NCBI GenBank assembly: GCA_039802605.1
Contig: JBDRWW010000002.1
Coordinates: 96,001 to 160,000, forward strand
Length of the DNA: 64,000 bases
Direction of reading: 5' to 3'
From: a candidate division WOR-3 bacterium
GTDB taxonomy: Bacteria; Hydrothermota; Hydrothermia; LBFQ01
Position numbers and translations under genes: made by a program. The notes under the pieces are model-generated. The model searched no databases. It was not told the origin of the DNA and saw nothing but the letters and a program-made list of their open reading frames with translations. Positions 11,345-21,057 of the stretch are shown in pieces (position 1 is the stretch's first letter; each line of letters starts with the position of its first letter).

Positions 11345-12651
11345 GACCTAACCTTTGCCCTACCAACCAAGCTTTCGTAGCGGTACATTATGAGATAAGA
11401 GTTTATCCTTTGTAGTAAGTCTAAGGCAACTCCAACGATTATCAGTAGCCTTGTGCCTCCGAAGTATAGGGGTATGTTTAGGGCTGTTGAAACATGATAT
11501 GGGATAATCGCCACGGCGGAGAAAAATAGGGCTCCCGGAAGGAGAATTCTGGTCATTATCCTGTCTATGTATTCCGCCGTCTCATCCCCAGCCCTTATTC
11601 CGGGTATAAAAGCCGAAGCCCTTTGTAAATTATCCGCAACTTCCTTGGGGTTAAAGACAATAGAGGTGTATAAATACGCAAAGAATATTATGAGCAGGGC
11701 GTATGTTATGTCGTGTATTAGGGTTCCGGGCTGGAAATAGGCCGCCAAACCCGAGAAGACACCTTCACCCGTGAATGTAAAGGCCGTTTGTGGGAATAAC
11801 AGTATACTTTGGGCAAATATTATGGGCATAACGCCGGCGGTGTTTATGGTTAAGGGCAAATATCCCATCTGCGCGGTTGGGGACAAACCAACCGTCCTTT
11901 TCGCATAACTTATAGGAACTCTCCTATGAACTTCCGTTGCTATTACCACCAAACCCGTTAAAATCAAAACGAATACGAGCATGAATACGACGGATTGCGT
12001 TGAAACCGCCCCGTTTTTCCAAAGGGTATATGTGCTTATAATTTCGTTGGGAAGGGAATCCAATGAACCTGCGAATATTAAAACGGATGCCCCATTCCCT
12101 ATTCCCCTATCCGTTATCTGCTCCCCCATCCACATAAGGAGTATTGAACCACCCACGAGGGATAACATCGTTGATATTACGAAAAGGGGTCCGGGATTGG
12201 GGACAACGGGCAACCCAGAAGGGCTTGTTAAGGATTGTAAGAAGGATGATATTCCAAAGGATTGTAATGCGGAAATTCCAACGGTTAGCCAGCGGGTATA
12301 TCTATTCAAAATCCTCCTACCGTGTTCTCCTTCCCTTTGCAACCTCTCAAAATAGGGAACCGTTGAAGAGAGGAGCTGGATTATAATGGATGCGGATATG
12401 TAGGGCATTATACCCAAACCAAAAATGGCAGCCCTTGAAAGGGCCCCACCCGCAAAAATATCAAACATGCCAAAGGCGGTATTCGCCAAGGCAACCCTAA
12501 AATACTCGGCAAGGGCGCTAACATTTACTCCGGGAACGGGTATATGCGTTCCAACCCTGTAAAAGAATAGGATTATAAGGGTAAAAACTATCCTTTCCCT
12601 TAATTCTTTAACCTCCCACAACCCGCTTAATATCCGCATCCACCTTTCCAT
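11320..12651 (-). CDS. secY: Preprotein translocase SecY
   Basis: LGIMPYISASII, GIGNG.S, GVMPIIFA, FIPGIR; ~10 TM segments. Confidence 0.97.
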   Translation of the reverse strand: MERWMRILSGLWEVKELRERIVFTLIILFFYRVGTHIPVPGVNVSALAEYFRVALANTAFGMFDIFAGGALSRAAIFGLGIMPYISASIIIQLLSSTVPYFERLQREGEHGRRILNRYTRWLTVGISALQSFGISSFLQSLTSPSGLPVVPNPGPLFVISTMLSLVGGSILLMWMGEQITDRGIGNGASVLIFAGSLDSLPNEIISTYTLWKNGAVSTQSVVFMLVFVLILTGLVVIATEVHRRVPISYAKRTVGLSPTAQMGYLPLTINTAGVMPIIFAQSILLFPQTAFTFTGEGVFSGLAAYFQPGTLIHDITYALLIIFFAYLYTSIVFNPKEVADNLQRASAFIPGIRAGDETAEYIDRIMTRILLPGALFFSAVAIIPYHVSTALNIPLYFGGTRLLIIVGVALDLLQRINSYLIMYRYESLVGRAKVRSWRGMGIG

Positions 12652-13101
12652 TTACTCTATCCTCCCACCAACACTTTCTATGATTTCCTTAGCCTTTTTT
12701 GAAAATGCATGTATCCCTTTAAAAACCAAAGGCTTGGTTAATTCTCCTTTTGCAAGGATTTTTATAAGTTTGCCTTCCAGTTTTCCCTTTATTAGCCCCC
12801 TTTCCTTTAATGTTTCCGGACTTACAACCTCGTTTGCCTCAAACTTTTTTTCCAACTGGAACAGATTAACTATTTCGTAATCCTTTGAGAAGGGGTTTTT
12901 GAAACCTCTCTTGGGAATTCTGCGGTAAATAGGCGTTTGTCCCCCTTCAAACCATATGGGTTTCGTCCCTCCGCTTCTGGACTTTTGCCCTTTATGTCCC
13001 CTTCCGGCGGTTTTTCCGAGTCCCGAACCAATGCCCCTTCCAACCCTTTTCTTTTCCTTTTTTGCCCCCGGATTATGCGAAAGGTTTGAAAGCGTTATCA
13101 T
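12652..13101 (-). CDS. rplO: 50S ribosomal protein L15
   Basis: [30 protein letters not shown]. Confidence 0.97.
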   Translation of the reverse strand: MITLSNLSHNPGAKKEKKRVGRGIGSGLGKTAGRGHKGQKSRSGGTKPIWFEGGQTPIYRRIPKRGFKNPFSKDYEIVNLFQLEKKFEANEVVSPETLKERGLIKGKLEGKLIKILAKGELTKPLVFKGIHAFSKKAKEIIESVGGRIE

Positions 13102-13104
13102 AAG

Positions 13105-13130
13105 GTGGGAATTATACCCCCGTTTGATTT
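13105..13130 (-). promoter_or_regulatory. Putative promoter AAATCAAACGGGGGTATAATTCCCAC upstream of rplO
   Basis: TATAAT (13111-13116) 9 nt before ATG; identical 26-mer at 26073-26098. Confidence 0.65.
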
Positions 13131-13234
13131 GTATATGGGGAAGTTAAGGTAGTGAGTTTGCAATCTTCAAAGTCTTCTCAACACCCCGAATTTTTTTGTC
13201 TATTTGCTTTCCCATGGATTGGGAATAGGCCGGT

Positions 13235-13813
13235 TTATTTAAGTTTTTTGAGCGCTTCGTCTATTTCCCGAATTTCCTCATACCTTCCAAGAGTTTCAAG
13301 CATGGTTTTCGCCATATTTAAATCCTTTTTCGCCTCGCCAAACTTACCTTTATATGTCAACGCTATTCCCCTATATTTGTAGGCATAGCCTAGGGTTGCG
13401 GCATCGGGGTAGTTCTCTATAAAGTGGCTCATAATTTGTATCACCTCGTCAAACCTCTTCATTTGTAATAAGGAATAACCCAAGAACCTATAAGCATCTT
13501 CAACCTTAGCACTGCTCGGGAATTGCTGAACAAACTCGCCACACCTCTCAACGGTTTTGGGATAGTTAAAGGATGCGTATGCCCAGTTGCATGCATAGAA
13601 AAGCGCGTCTTTTCTACCCTTACTGTCCGGATGGTTCTTGTAAAAGGCATAAAGGGAATCCGAAAGGGCGCTTAAACCAGCCGTATCCCCTCCAACTTCT
13701 TCAAACATCTGTTGAACCTTGGGGAGGTATTCATCCCATGGGTCCTTCTTTTCTTCCTTTTTTCCACCGCAATAAATCAAAAAAATTATGAAAAAAGGTG
13801 TAAGCCTTTTCAT
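13235..13813 (-). CDS. TPR-containing lipoprotein (BamD/YbgF-like)
   Basis: Basic n-region, hydrophobic core, Cys (LIYC-GG); TPR-like helices (F...FP.S...EDA). Confidence 0.65.
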   Translation of the reverse strand: MKRLTPFFIIFLIYCGGKKEEKKDPWDEYLPKVQQMFEEVGGDTAGLSALSDSLYAFYKNHPDSKGRKDALFYACNWAYASFNYPKTVERCGEFVQQFPSSAKVEDAYRFLGYSLLQMKRFDEVIQIMSHFIENYPDAATLGYAYKYRGIALTYKGKFGEAKKDLNMAKTMLETLGRYEEIREIDEALKKLK

Positions 13814-14337
13814 GGTCTAACCTTTAATATTTCACATATAACCTTTTTGCCGTCCACCCTCAAAATCAAACACTCAACGGTTCCCTTTTTCAAATCCTTA
13901 ATCGGGTATTTGATAGCGGGTCCTATCCTGTTCCTAGGCACATAACACTTTTTACCCTGTATATTTACCATCAATCCCCCATCCGGTAAAACCTTTAAAA
14001 CCTTTCCAATAAACACCTTTCCGGGTTCAAACTTGCCAATTTTGCCCTCCGGGACATAAAGTTTTGTTCTAAACTTTTTTGTGGTGTAATCGGCTAAGAC
14101 AACTTTTACCTTTACCCTTTCCCCTATTTCGTGTTTTTTGGGGGATTTTAACAGACCCTTTACGGTGTCCTCAAATAGTATCTCGTAAATATCATCCCTA
14201 ACATGGCGGTTTATAACCACCTCAACGGGTTCTCCATTATCCTTTGCCTTAAAAATTTTTTCCCAAACCTCAGCCCTTTTTATAACCTCTTCCGGATTTA
14301 AAGGTTTTTCGTATATCAGCAGGGGGAGCCTTCGCAT
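13810..14337 (-). CDS. S1 RNA-binding domain protein (two OB-fold-like repeats)
   Basis: G.VF.GKV.KV..GG.V.I.G...YVP; too short for ribosomal protein S1. Confidence 0.55.
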   Translation of the reverse strand: MRRLPLLIYEKPLNPEEVIKRAEVWEKIFKAKDNGEPVEVVINRHVRDDIYEILFEDTVKGLLKSPKKHEIGERVKVKVVLADYTTKKFRTKLYVPEGKIGKFEPGKVFIGKVLKVLPDGGLMVNIQGKKCYVPRNRIGPAIKYPIKDLKKGTVECLILRVDGKKVICEILKVRP

Positions 14338-14780
14338 GTATCCTTTAAGAGTTCCTTAACCTTTTTTTCAAAAAGTCTCGCATGACCTTCTGAAAAACCG
14401 CTCCTTTTCATAACCACATTCCCGTTTTTATCAATTATTATGGTCGTGGGTATGGAAAACACATTGTAGAGATCGGATACCAGGTTATCTTTATCCAGGA
14501 GGATTAAATACTCTAAATTCTTGTCCTTTACAAATCTCTTAACCGCCCTTTCGCTAATATCCACGCTTATACCTATGACCACCAAACCGCTATCCTTATA
14601 AGTTTTATGCAGCTCGTTAAAAAACGGCACGGACGCCCTACAAGGGGGACACCATGTGGCCCAAAAGTCCAAAACCACAACCTTACCCTTAAAATCGGAA
14701 AGCCTGTATTCTTTCCCGTTTATGTCCTTTAAAGCAAAGTCTTTGGCCTTCTCAAAGGATAACAAATACAGCATTAACAT
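14316..14780 (-). CDS. TlpA/ResA-family thiol-disulfide oxidoreductase
   Basis: DFWATWCPPC, IPTT. Confidence 0.92.
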   Translation of the reverse strand: MLMLYLLSFEKAKDFALKDINGKEYRLSDFKGKVVVLDFWATWCPPCRASVPFFNELHKTYKDSGLVVIGISVDISERAVKRFVKDKNLEYLILLDKDNLVSDLYNVFSIPTTIIIDKNGNVVMKRSGFSEGHARLFEKKVKELLKDTCEGSPC

Positions 14781-14846
14781 TGTTTGGGAATTATAAAGGC
14801 GAATGTTTTATTCCATAACATAAGGTTTCCCACATAGAATTATCGC

Positions 14847-15692
14847 TTGTTAAACAAAGAGGTAAAGAAAAAATTAACGATAACCCTTTTAAAGGTTTCA
14901 ACCTTTGCCTGTTATAGCATCGGATATGATACTATGTGCGATATTATGAAGTTTATAGGTCTTTTACAACAAAAGATTAGTCCGAAAAGGGCAAACATTG
15001 TAAGGAAAAATTTCTTAATGATAAGGGGAAATACGGATGGCTGGGAGAAAACTTTTATAAACTTTTGGGGTTGCACCACGGATACTTTATACCTCCCTTA
15101 TATGACGGCTGAGGAAATCCTTGGGAAGTTGAAACTGGTTGAAAATATCGAAGTTTTAAGATGGTTTAAAATTAAGGGGAAACCCTTAATAGTAACAACG
15201 GCACATATTGGGATACCCGAAATGTTGGCGAATTTTGCTTCGTTATTGGGTTTTCCGGGTATAGCGGTTGCGGAGGTTCCATCCGATGAGTGGTTTAGAG
15301 AGTTTTTAAAATTTAGGAGTAGATTCGGTATGAGGATAATACCGATGGGTAATTCTTACCCAATTTTGGTTGAAGCCGTAAAAAACGGAGAATTTGTATA
15401 TTTGGTTTCCGATAGGGATATAAAGCGCAAGGGTATAGCAATACCCTTTGGCAGGGGTAAAAAGTTTTTTCCTACGGGATTTGCAAATTTATCCGTTGAA
15501 ACAAAAACCCCAGTTGTTTTTGGTTGTGGTGTTCCCCTACAACCCTGTGGCAAATATTACGGATTTTTAACGGAACCCTATTACCCAAAGGATGTTTATG
15601 ATGCCCTTGAATGGTATGCCTCAACCCTTTACCATGCGGTATATAAATGGACGGATATGTGGTTTGTATTTCAAGATGAATGGGTTTCGTAA
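14847..15692 (+). CDS. Lipid A / lysophospholipid acyltransferase (LpxL/PatA family)
   Basis: TAHIG.PE (HxxxxE), LVSDRD, W..FQ..W. Confidence 0.75.
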   Translation: MLNKEVKKKLTITLLKVSTFACYSIGYDTMCDIMKFIGLLQQKISPKRANIVRKNFLMIRGNTDGWEKTFINFWGCTTDTLYLPYMTAEEILGKLKLVENIEVLRWFKIKGKPLIVTTAHIGIPEMLANFASLLGFPGIAVAEVPSDEWFREFLKFRSRFGMRIIPMGNSYPILVEAVKNGEFVYLVSDRDIKRKGIAIPFGRGKKFFPTGFANLSVETKTPVVFGCGVPLQPCGKYYGFLTEPYYPKDVYDALEWYASTLYHAVYKWTDMWFVFQDEWVS

Positions 15693-16219
15693 AACCAACT
15701 TTCAACCGTTAATGCCCTATCCCTTTTTTCCCCGTTCATCAAAATAAACTTTATAAACCAGAATTTCCCATAAATTTTGGGTAGAATAGAGAAACCCTTA
15801 AACTCCGATTTGTTTATCTCAACCCCACCCTCCCCCACAACTTCAAACCTTAAACCCCCGTCTATAACTATCCTAACCCTTCCCCCTACCCTCTTTGTGT
15901 ATTTTAACGGTGTAAATCCCGGATAATCCCCCCCTTCTATAAACCTCTTACAGTTTTCATAATCCGGAGGTATTCCAACCTTATAAAGGTGGTGTATGCT
16001 ATCCGAAAAAAATCCCGAATCGGATATGAATATGGGGCCCGTTTCAAGTTCCCCGTACCTAAGGATAACCCCCTTAAATCCGTAAATATAACCCCCCAAT
16101 TCCTTATATACTACCGTCCTTTCACCCAATAATATGTATTCTTTTGGTTTCGGTAATAAAGATGCAAAGGACATATCAACGCCAAAGGCATCCTCCCTGT
16201 AATATCCGAAAACATTCAT
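15671..16219 (-). CDS. Hypothetical protein
   Basis: 182-aa ORF coupled (ATGA) to the upstream gene, host-like composition. Confidence 0.55.
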   Translation of the reverse strand: MNVFGYYREDAFGVDMSFASLLPKPKEYILLGERTVVYKELGGYIYGFKGVILRYGELETGPIFISDSGFFSDSIHHLYKVGIPPDYENCKRFIEGGDYPGFTPLKYTKRVGGRVRIVIDGGLRFEVVGEGGVEINKSEFKGFSILPKIYGKFWFIKFILMNGEKRDRALTVESWFYETHSS

Positions 16220-16968
16220 CTTGGAAGGAATATTATGTTATCGTACAAGGGCACCTCTTCGTAATTCTTAATTTCAACGATTTGCGATGGGAAGTTTTTA
16301 TTAATGCTAAACTTAAAAGGGCGGTACCCGAGACTTATGAGGTAATCGTATCCGATGATAAATAAAGGACCCTTCTCCACAATTAGTATAGGCCTGTACC
16401 CCCTTAATGTTTCTTTCATTCCCTTCAAAACCTCATTCTCCCATCCCTCAACATCTATCTTTACCATATCAACCCCCTTTATATCAATCCCTTTAAGGAT
16501 ACTATCCAAAGGCTTAACGGCGACTTTAACACCTTTCTCAACATTTAAAACCGTAGCCTCACTTTTGGACCTACCCTTTGGAATATGCAAAAACGAAAAC
16601 CCCTCTACACTTCCAAGGGCGATATTAAAAACGGAAATGTTATCGCAACGGTTTAATTTTATGTTTTCCAAGAGGATTTTGTGCGCTTGGGGATTGGGTT
16701 CAAAGGCTAAAACCTTGCCATTTTTACCAACAATCTTTGAAGCAAATATACTGAAAAAACCCACATATGCCCCAACATCCACAAAGACCTGACCTTCTTT
16801 GAGGTTATCCCTTATAAAAGTCAAAGTGCCCAACTCTCCGTTTTTCATAAAGTATTCCGCCCCAAACCCCCTATAAAAAACCATACGAGCACCATAAACA
16901 TTTTTGAACTTAAACTTTACACCCATAAGGGACAGGGTTTTTATGATTAATGTCCTATAACTTATCAA
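16216..16968 (-). CDS. FkbM-family methyltransferase
   Basis: VDVGAYVG, AFEP, KIDVEG.E..VL.G. Confidence 0.9.
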   Translation of the reverse strand: MISYRTLIIKTLSLMGVKFKFKNVYGARMVFYRGFGAEYFMKNGELGTLTFIRDNLKEGQVFVDVGAYVGFFSIFASKIVGKNGKVLAFEPNPQAHKILLENIKLNRCDNISVFNIALGSVEGFSFLHIPKGRSKSEATVLNVEKGVKVAVKPLDSILKGIDIKGVDMVKIDVEGWENEVLKGMKETLRGYRPILIVEKGPLFIIGYDYLISLGYRPFKFSINKNFPSQIVEIKNYEEVPLYDNIIFLPR

Positions 16969-17902
16969 TTTTAACGCTTTTTAACACCTCGTTTATTACA
17001 TCGTTAATCCCTATCCCCTCCGCCTCCGCCCGGAAGTGCAATATAATCCTATGTTTTACAATATATGGGAAGAGTTCTTTAATTTCTTCTCCCGTTGGCG
17101 TAGGTTTATCCCTTATGAAGGCCAAGGATTTTGAGGCCCAAACCAAAAATTGGGATGCCCTTGGGCCTGCACCGTACCTGACAAATTCTTTAACTATTTT
17201 TGGGGAATCCGGGTTTTCGGGTCTGGTGTTCCTAACGAGGGAAACCGCATACCTTACAACATGCTCCGGGACTGGGATTTTACTAACCTCATCCCGAAAC
17301 CTTTCAATATCTTCTTTGTTTAATACGGTGTTTATGTCCTCCAATTTCCTAAAACCTTCCAAATTCGCTATTTTTATCTCATCCTCATAAGAGGGATACG
17401 ATACATTAACTTCCATTAAGAATCTGTCAAGTTGGGCTTCCGGCAATGGATATGTTCCCTCCTGCTCTATGGGGTTTTGGGTGGCCAAAACGAAAAAGGG
17501 CTTTGGAACCTCATAAACCTTCCCCCCGTAGGTAACCCTCCTCTCCTGCATAACCTCTAACAATGCAGACTGTGTTTTTGGCGGTGCCCTGTTTATTTCA
17601 TCCGCCAAGATGACATTTGCAAAGACGGGACCCTTGGAAAATATAAAATTGCCATCCCTTAGGATTTCGGTACCGGTTATATCCGTGGGCATAAGGTCCG
17701 GGGTAAATTGTATTCTACTAAACGATAACCCGAGGGTTTTGGAAAAAGCCCTTACCATAAGAGTCTTTGCTAGTCCTGGCACGCCCACTATCAAAACATG
17801 CCCGTCGGATAGGATTGAAACCAAAAACTTCTCAATTATGTCGTCGTTTCCAACGACCGCCTTATGTATCTCCTCAAATACCCTTTTAAACTCGGTTTTC
17901 AA
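16955..17902 (-). CDS. MoxR-family AAA+ ATPase
   Basis: GVPGLAKT, RIQFTPDLMP, DEINRAPPKTQSALLE, ATQNPIEQEGTYPLPEAQLDRF. Confidence 0.95.
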   Translation of the reverse strand: MKTEFKRVFEEIHKAVVGNDDIIEKFLVSILSDGHVLIVGVPGLAKTLMVRAFSKTLGLSFSRIQFTPDLMPTDITGTEILRDGNFIFSKGPVFANVILADEINRAPPKTQSALLEVMQERRVTYGGKVYEVPKPFFVLATQNPIEQEGTYPLPEAQLDRFLMEVNVSYPSYEDEIKIANLEGFRKLEDINTVLNKEDIERFRDEVSKIPVPEHVVRYAVSLVRNTRPENPDSPKIVKEFVRYGAGPRASQFLVWASKSLAFIRDKPTPTGEEIKELFPYIVKHRIILHFRAEAEGIGINDVINEVLKSVKIDKL

Positions 17903-18524
17903 CTTCCAACTCCCCTTTAAACTCCTCCAACATCAAATTGTAAGCCCTTTCAAGTCTGACCTTTAAGTCGTTGTTTAAAATGAAATTCCTCCCCTTATCA
18001 ACAAATACCATACCACCCCATACGCTTTCGTCCTCAACCACCTTCCAGGTACCCATATCAACATCCCAGACGGATAAGGTTTTTGGGGGGTTAATTACCC
18101 ATTCGCTGGGAAGTTCCCTTATGACGCTTTCGGCTATTTCCTTATCCCGAGGATTTACCCTAACTTCCACATTGTTCTTCATATATTTTAAGGCTTCCTC
18201 TACGAGATTTTTCATTATATCGGCATACCTTTCCCTGTCCTCTACGATTTCCTTTAATATTTTTTCGGCCTTTTCCCTTGCAAGGTTGAGTATTTCCCTT
18301 TGAACCTCTAAAATCTTTTTAGAACCTTCCCTTTGGGCTCGGGATATTATTGAAATGTATTCCCTATTGAAAACCTCTTCCGCCCTGGGTTTGTAGGTTT
18401 GTAAAATTTCCTCTTTTTTCCTTTCGGCCGATTTTAGTATTTCGGAGGCCCGCCCCTCGGCAATGGATATTATTTCTAGAACTTTGGAGCGGACCTCCCT
18501 CCCTAAGAGCTCCCTTATTTCCAC
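17886..18524 (-). CDS. A/V-type ATP synthase subunit E
   Basis: Coiled-coil N-terminus, V.V.P.D, GG.....G...NN.L..RL; follows subunit K. Confidence 0.8.
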   Translation of the reverse strand: MEIRELLGREVRSKVLEIISIAEGRASEILKSAERKKEEILQTYKPRAEEVFNREYISIISRAQREGSKKILEVQREILNLAREKAEKILKEIVEDRERYADIMKNLVEEALKYMKNNVEVRVNPRDKEIAESVIRELPSEWVINPPKTLSVWDVDMGTWKVVEDESVWGGMVFVDKGRNFILNNDLKVRLERAYNLMLEEFKGELEVENRV

Positions 18525-18525
18525 C

Positions 18526-18828
18526 TTACAGCACCAATATCAGTATTGATATAACGAATCCCAATATTACGATGGTTTCGGGGAGTGCCAAGAGTATCAG
18601 AATGGGGGTTTGTAGGGTCTTATCTTCGGCCAAAGCGCCCGCACCCGCGGAACCTATTTTTGCCTGAGCGTATGCGGTGGCTATAGCCGATAGTCCCATA
18701 GCCAAACCAGAACCCAAATAGACCGCCCAACTCTTACCCGCGGGGGCCTCCGCGGCCATCAAGAAACCGACGCTAAGAACCAACAAAGCCGTAATGCCAA
18801 AAAACGCCGTTAGAACCCTTTTCATCAT
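18526..18828 (-). CDS. A/V-type ATP synthase proteolipid subunit K/c
   Basis: GLAMGLSA.A..AQAKIG, LPETIVILGF ion-binding Glu. Confidence 0.9.
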   Translation of the reverse strand: MMKRVLTAFFGITALLVLSVGFLMAAEAPAGKSWAVYLGSGLAMGLSAIATAYAQAKIGSAGAGALAEDKTLQTPILILLALPETIVILGFVISILILVL

Positions 18829-20657
18829 ATTCCACCTCCTTTTTTCAAAGGTTTAAACATTTTAATTGCCGGAACATAAAACTTTGTGAAGAATTCAACA
18901 AATTGCAAACGCATCCCCTGAATCGTGGGATCCACTATACCCAATACGAACGCCAACGCGTGAAATACAAATGCGACCAATATGGCGAAAGCGGGTATCG
19001 GAACCAATTCTATAAATTTGTTTGCTATCTCGGCCAATATGGCTGATGCCAAACCCACCGCCGCCAACCGTGCATAAGATAGAACATTTCCAAAAGCGGA
19101 GAATATCTCTATAACTCCCAAGGGGCCTTCGGCAATAAGTGTGAGTATTACACCCAAGGATAGGGAAAACCAACCCACTAAACCGATATAAGGAGGAATG
19201 CCATACATCCATTCCGGTGTTATACCCGGTAGTCTAACATACGATACTACAGCCAACAATATACCTAGTATTGCAAAAAACCTACCCAACTCAAATAATG
19301 AGTGCTTTTTGTGTTCAAGTATCCAATAGTTATATACGCCGAGGAGCATACCGAGGAGCATTTGTAAAAATCCAAAACCTACGGCTATAAGGATTAGGTC
19401 TATAACCTCGTGCGTTCTATGAAACAGCGGTTGAATTATACCCATTTTTATACCGAAATCCCCAAATATCTCCCCGAATATTATACCAAAAATGGTGGCA
19501 AAGATGGAGTTTATGAAATACACCATTGAGAGGTTATAACCCATAGAATTGGGTTTAAAGGCGTTTGAGAGTAGCCAGAATAGAAGCATACCCACTATAC
19601 CATAACCCGCATCCCCAAGCATAAAACCGTAATATATGGGGAAAAATATGGCTATAAAAACGGAAGGATCTACCGTCTTATAAACGGGAGGGGCATACAA
19701 ATCCAAGAAGGATTGGTAATAAGATGCGGGCGGGGAGTTTTTAAGAACCACCGGAACATTTTCAAACTCGTAATTTTTAGGTTTTGAAAATTTTACAACC
19801 GCACCTTCATCAATGTTTTTAATTATCCTTAAAAACTCCCCTTTCAAGTGGGCGGGTATCCATCCCTTAATGGAAGTTAAAAATTTGGAAAAGGCTAAAT
19901 ACTTTTCTTTTGAATCCAAGTAAAATAGAATATCCTCGGCTATATACTTTTGCCTTTCCAAAAACACCCTAACGCTTTCAAAGGAAGCCTTTGCCTCTTC
20001 CTTCAAACCCTTTAAAGCCGAAGGTATATCCTCTTCAAGGGCTTTTTTAACTTCTTCCAAGGTTTTATACCCCTTTGGTGGTCTTACCAACGGGAAGGCA
20101 CTTTCTTCTAAAAATTTTCTGACACCTTCCGCGTTTTCCCTCTTTGTCTTCAAAAACAGCAAAACCCTATCCCCTTTAACGCTCTCCACAACCTCAACAC
20201 CCCTTTCCAAAGCCCACTTCTTCAAAATCTCCTTAGAAGCCGCTTCCCCTTTACCCAAAACCACGGCAAAAACCTCTTCCCCTTCCCCCTTTATTCTATC
20301 AACGGCATTTGCGATTTCAAAATAATCCGAAATCCTTTTCAACTCCTCTTCAAAAGTATTTATATCCCTTATAAAACCTTGCAAACCCTCCCTTATCCTT
20401 TTCACACCTTCGTAATCCAAATCCCCCTTATTGGGAAGTGGGGTTATCTCCCCGAAAAAACCCTCTATCTCGGCAATGTATGAAATAATCCTTTTTGCCT
20501 TTGCCCTTAATTCGCTTTCTTCCTCTTCCAACTTAGCCTTATTCCCCCCGTTATACACCTCTGGATGAAAGTGTCCCCAACTTTCAAGAACTTCAAGGAG
20601 TTCCTTCCATTTGTTTCTCGGTAATGCCACATCAACCTTTAACATGGGGATGTGCAT
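18825..20657 (-). CDS. A/V-type ATP synthase subunit I
   Basis: GFMLGDAGYG, NVLSYARLAA (essential Arg), RLQFVEFFTKFY. Confidence 0.92.
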   Translation of the reverse strand: MHIPMLKVDVALPRNKWKELLEVLESWGHFHPEVYNGGNKAKLEEEESELRAKAKRIISYIAEIEGFFGEITPLPNKGDLDYEGVKRIREGLQGFIRDINTFEEELKRISDYFEIANAVDRIKGEGEEVFAVVLGKGEAASKEILKKWALERGVEVVESVKGDRVLLFLKTKRENAEGVRKFLEESAFPLVRPPKGYKTLEEVKKALEEDIPSALKGLKEEAKASFESVRVFLERQKYIAEDILFYLDSKEKYLAFSKFLTSIKGWIPAHLKGEFLRIIKNIDEGAVVKFSKPKNYEFENVPVVLKNSPPASYYQSFLDLYAPPVYKTVDPSVFIAIFFPIYYGFMLGDAGYGIVGMLLFWLLSNAFKPNSMGYNLSMVYFINSIFATIFGIIFGEIFGDFGIKMGIIQPLFHRTHEVIDLILIAVGFGFLQMLLGMLLGVYNYWILEHKKHSLFELGRFFAILGILLAVVSYVRLPGITPEWMYGIPPYIGLVGWFSLSLGVILTLIAEGPLGVIEIFSAFGNVLSYARLAAVGLASAILAEIANKFIELVPIPAFAILVAFVFHALAFVLGIVDPTIQGMRLQFVEFFTKFYVPAIKMFKPLKKGGGI

Positions 20658-20679
20658 AAAGCGGGTATTATATAGGGGT

Positions 20680-21057
20680 TTATGTTTTACAAAATAGGCT
20701 TAGAAAATCCTCCAAAATCAGCTCCTCCAAACCTTCCATTTCTTTAACCTTGGTTTTAACCTTGTGGTCATAACCAAGGGCGTGTAATATACCATGTATT
20801 ATTCTCTTTGCCACTTCAACCTCGTCAAAATTCAAGTATTCCGGGCATACAACCACCTCCTTTACGCCATCATACACAAAGGTTAATACATCGGATAACT
20901 CCTCTTTTCCGAAAAAAGTTTTTTTCAAACCCTTCATATATTCACCATCAACCAAAATTACCCTTATCCCCCTCGTATTTATACCCCTCAACGCCGCTTC
21001 CAGGGACCTCCAAAATCCCCTACGGGGTTTCCAACCGCTTAGGTTAAGCCTTTTCAT
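20680..21057 (-). CDS. ybeY: rRNA maturation endoribonuclease YbeY
   Basis: SDVLTF, IHGILHALGYDH. Confidence 0.85.
   Translation of the reverse strand: MKRLNLSGWKPRRGFWRSLEAALRGINTRGIRVILVDGEYMKGLKKTFFGKEELSDVLTFVYDGVKEVVVCPEYLNFDEVEVAKRIIHGILHALGYDHKVKTKVKEMEGLEELILEDFLSLFCKT

Noticed and set aside
13131..13234. Intergenic region upstream of rplO as a ribosomal-protein leader RNA
   Set aside because: Lies upstream of the -10 box and has only a weak 5-bp hairpin
18526..18828. Possible Na+-specific ATPase c-ring (Gln plus ET)
   Set aside because: Lacks the downstream Tyr of the Na+ motif; PETIVIL resembles the H+-coupled Thermus-type subunit as I recall it
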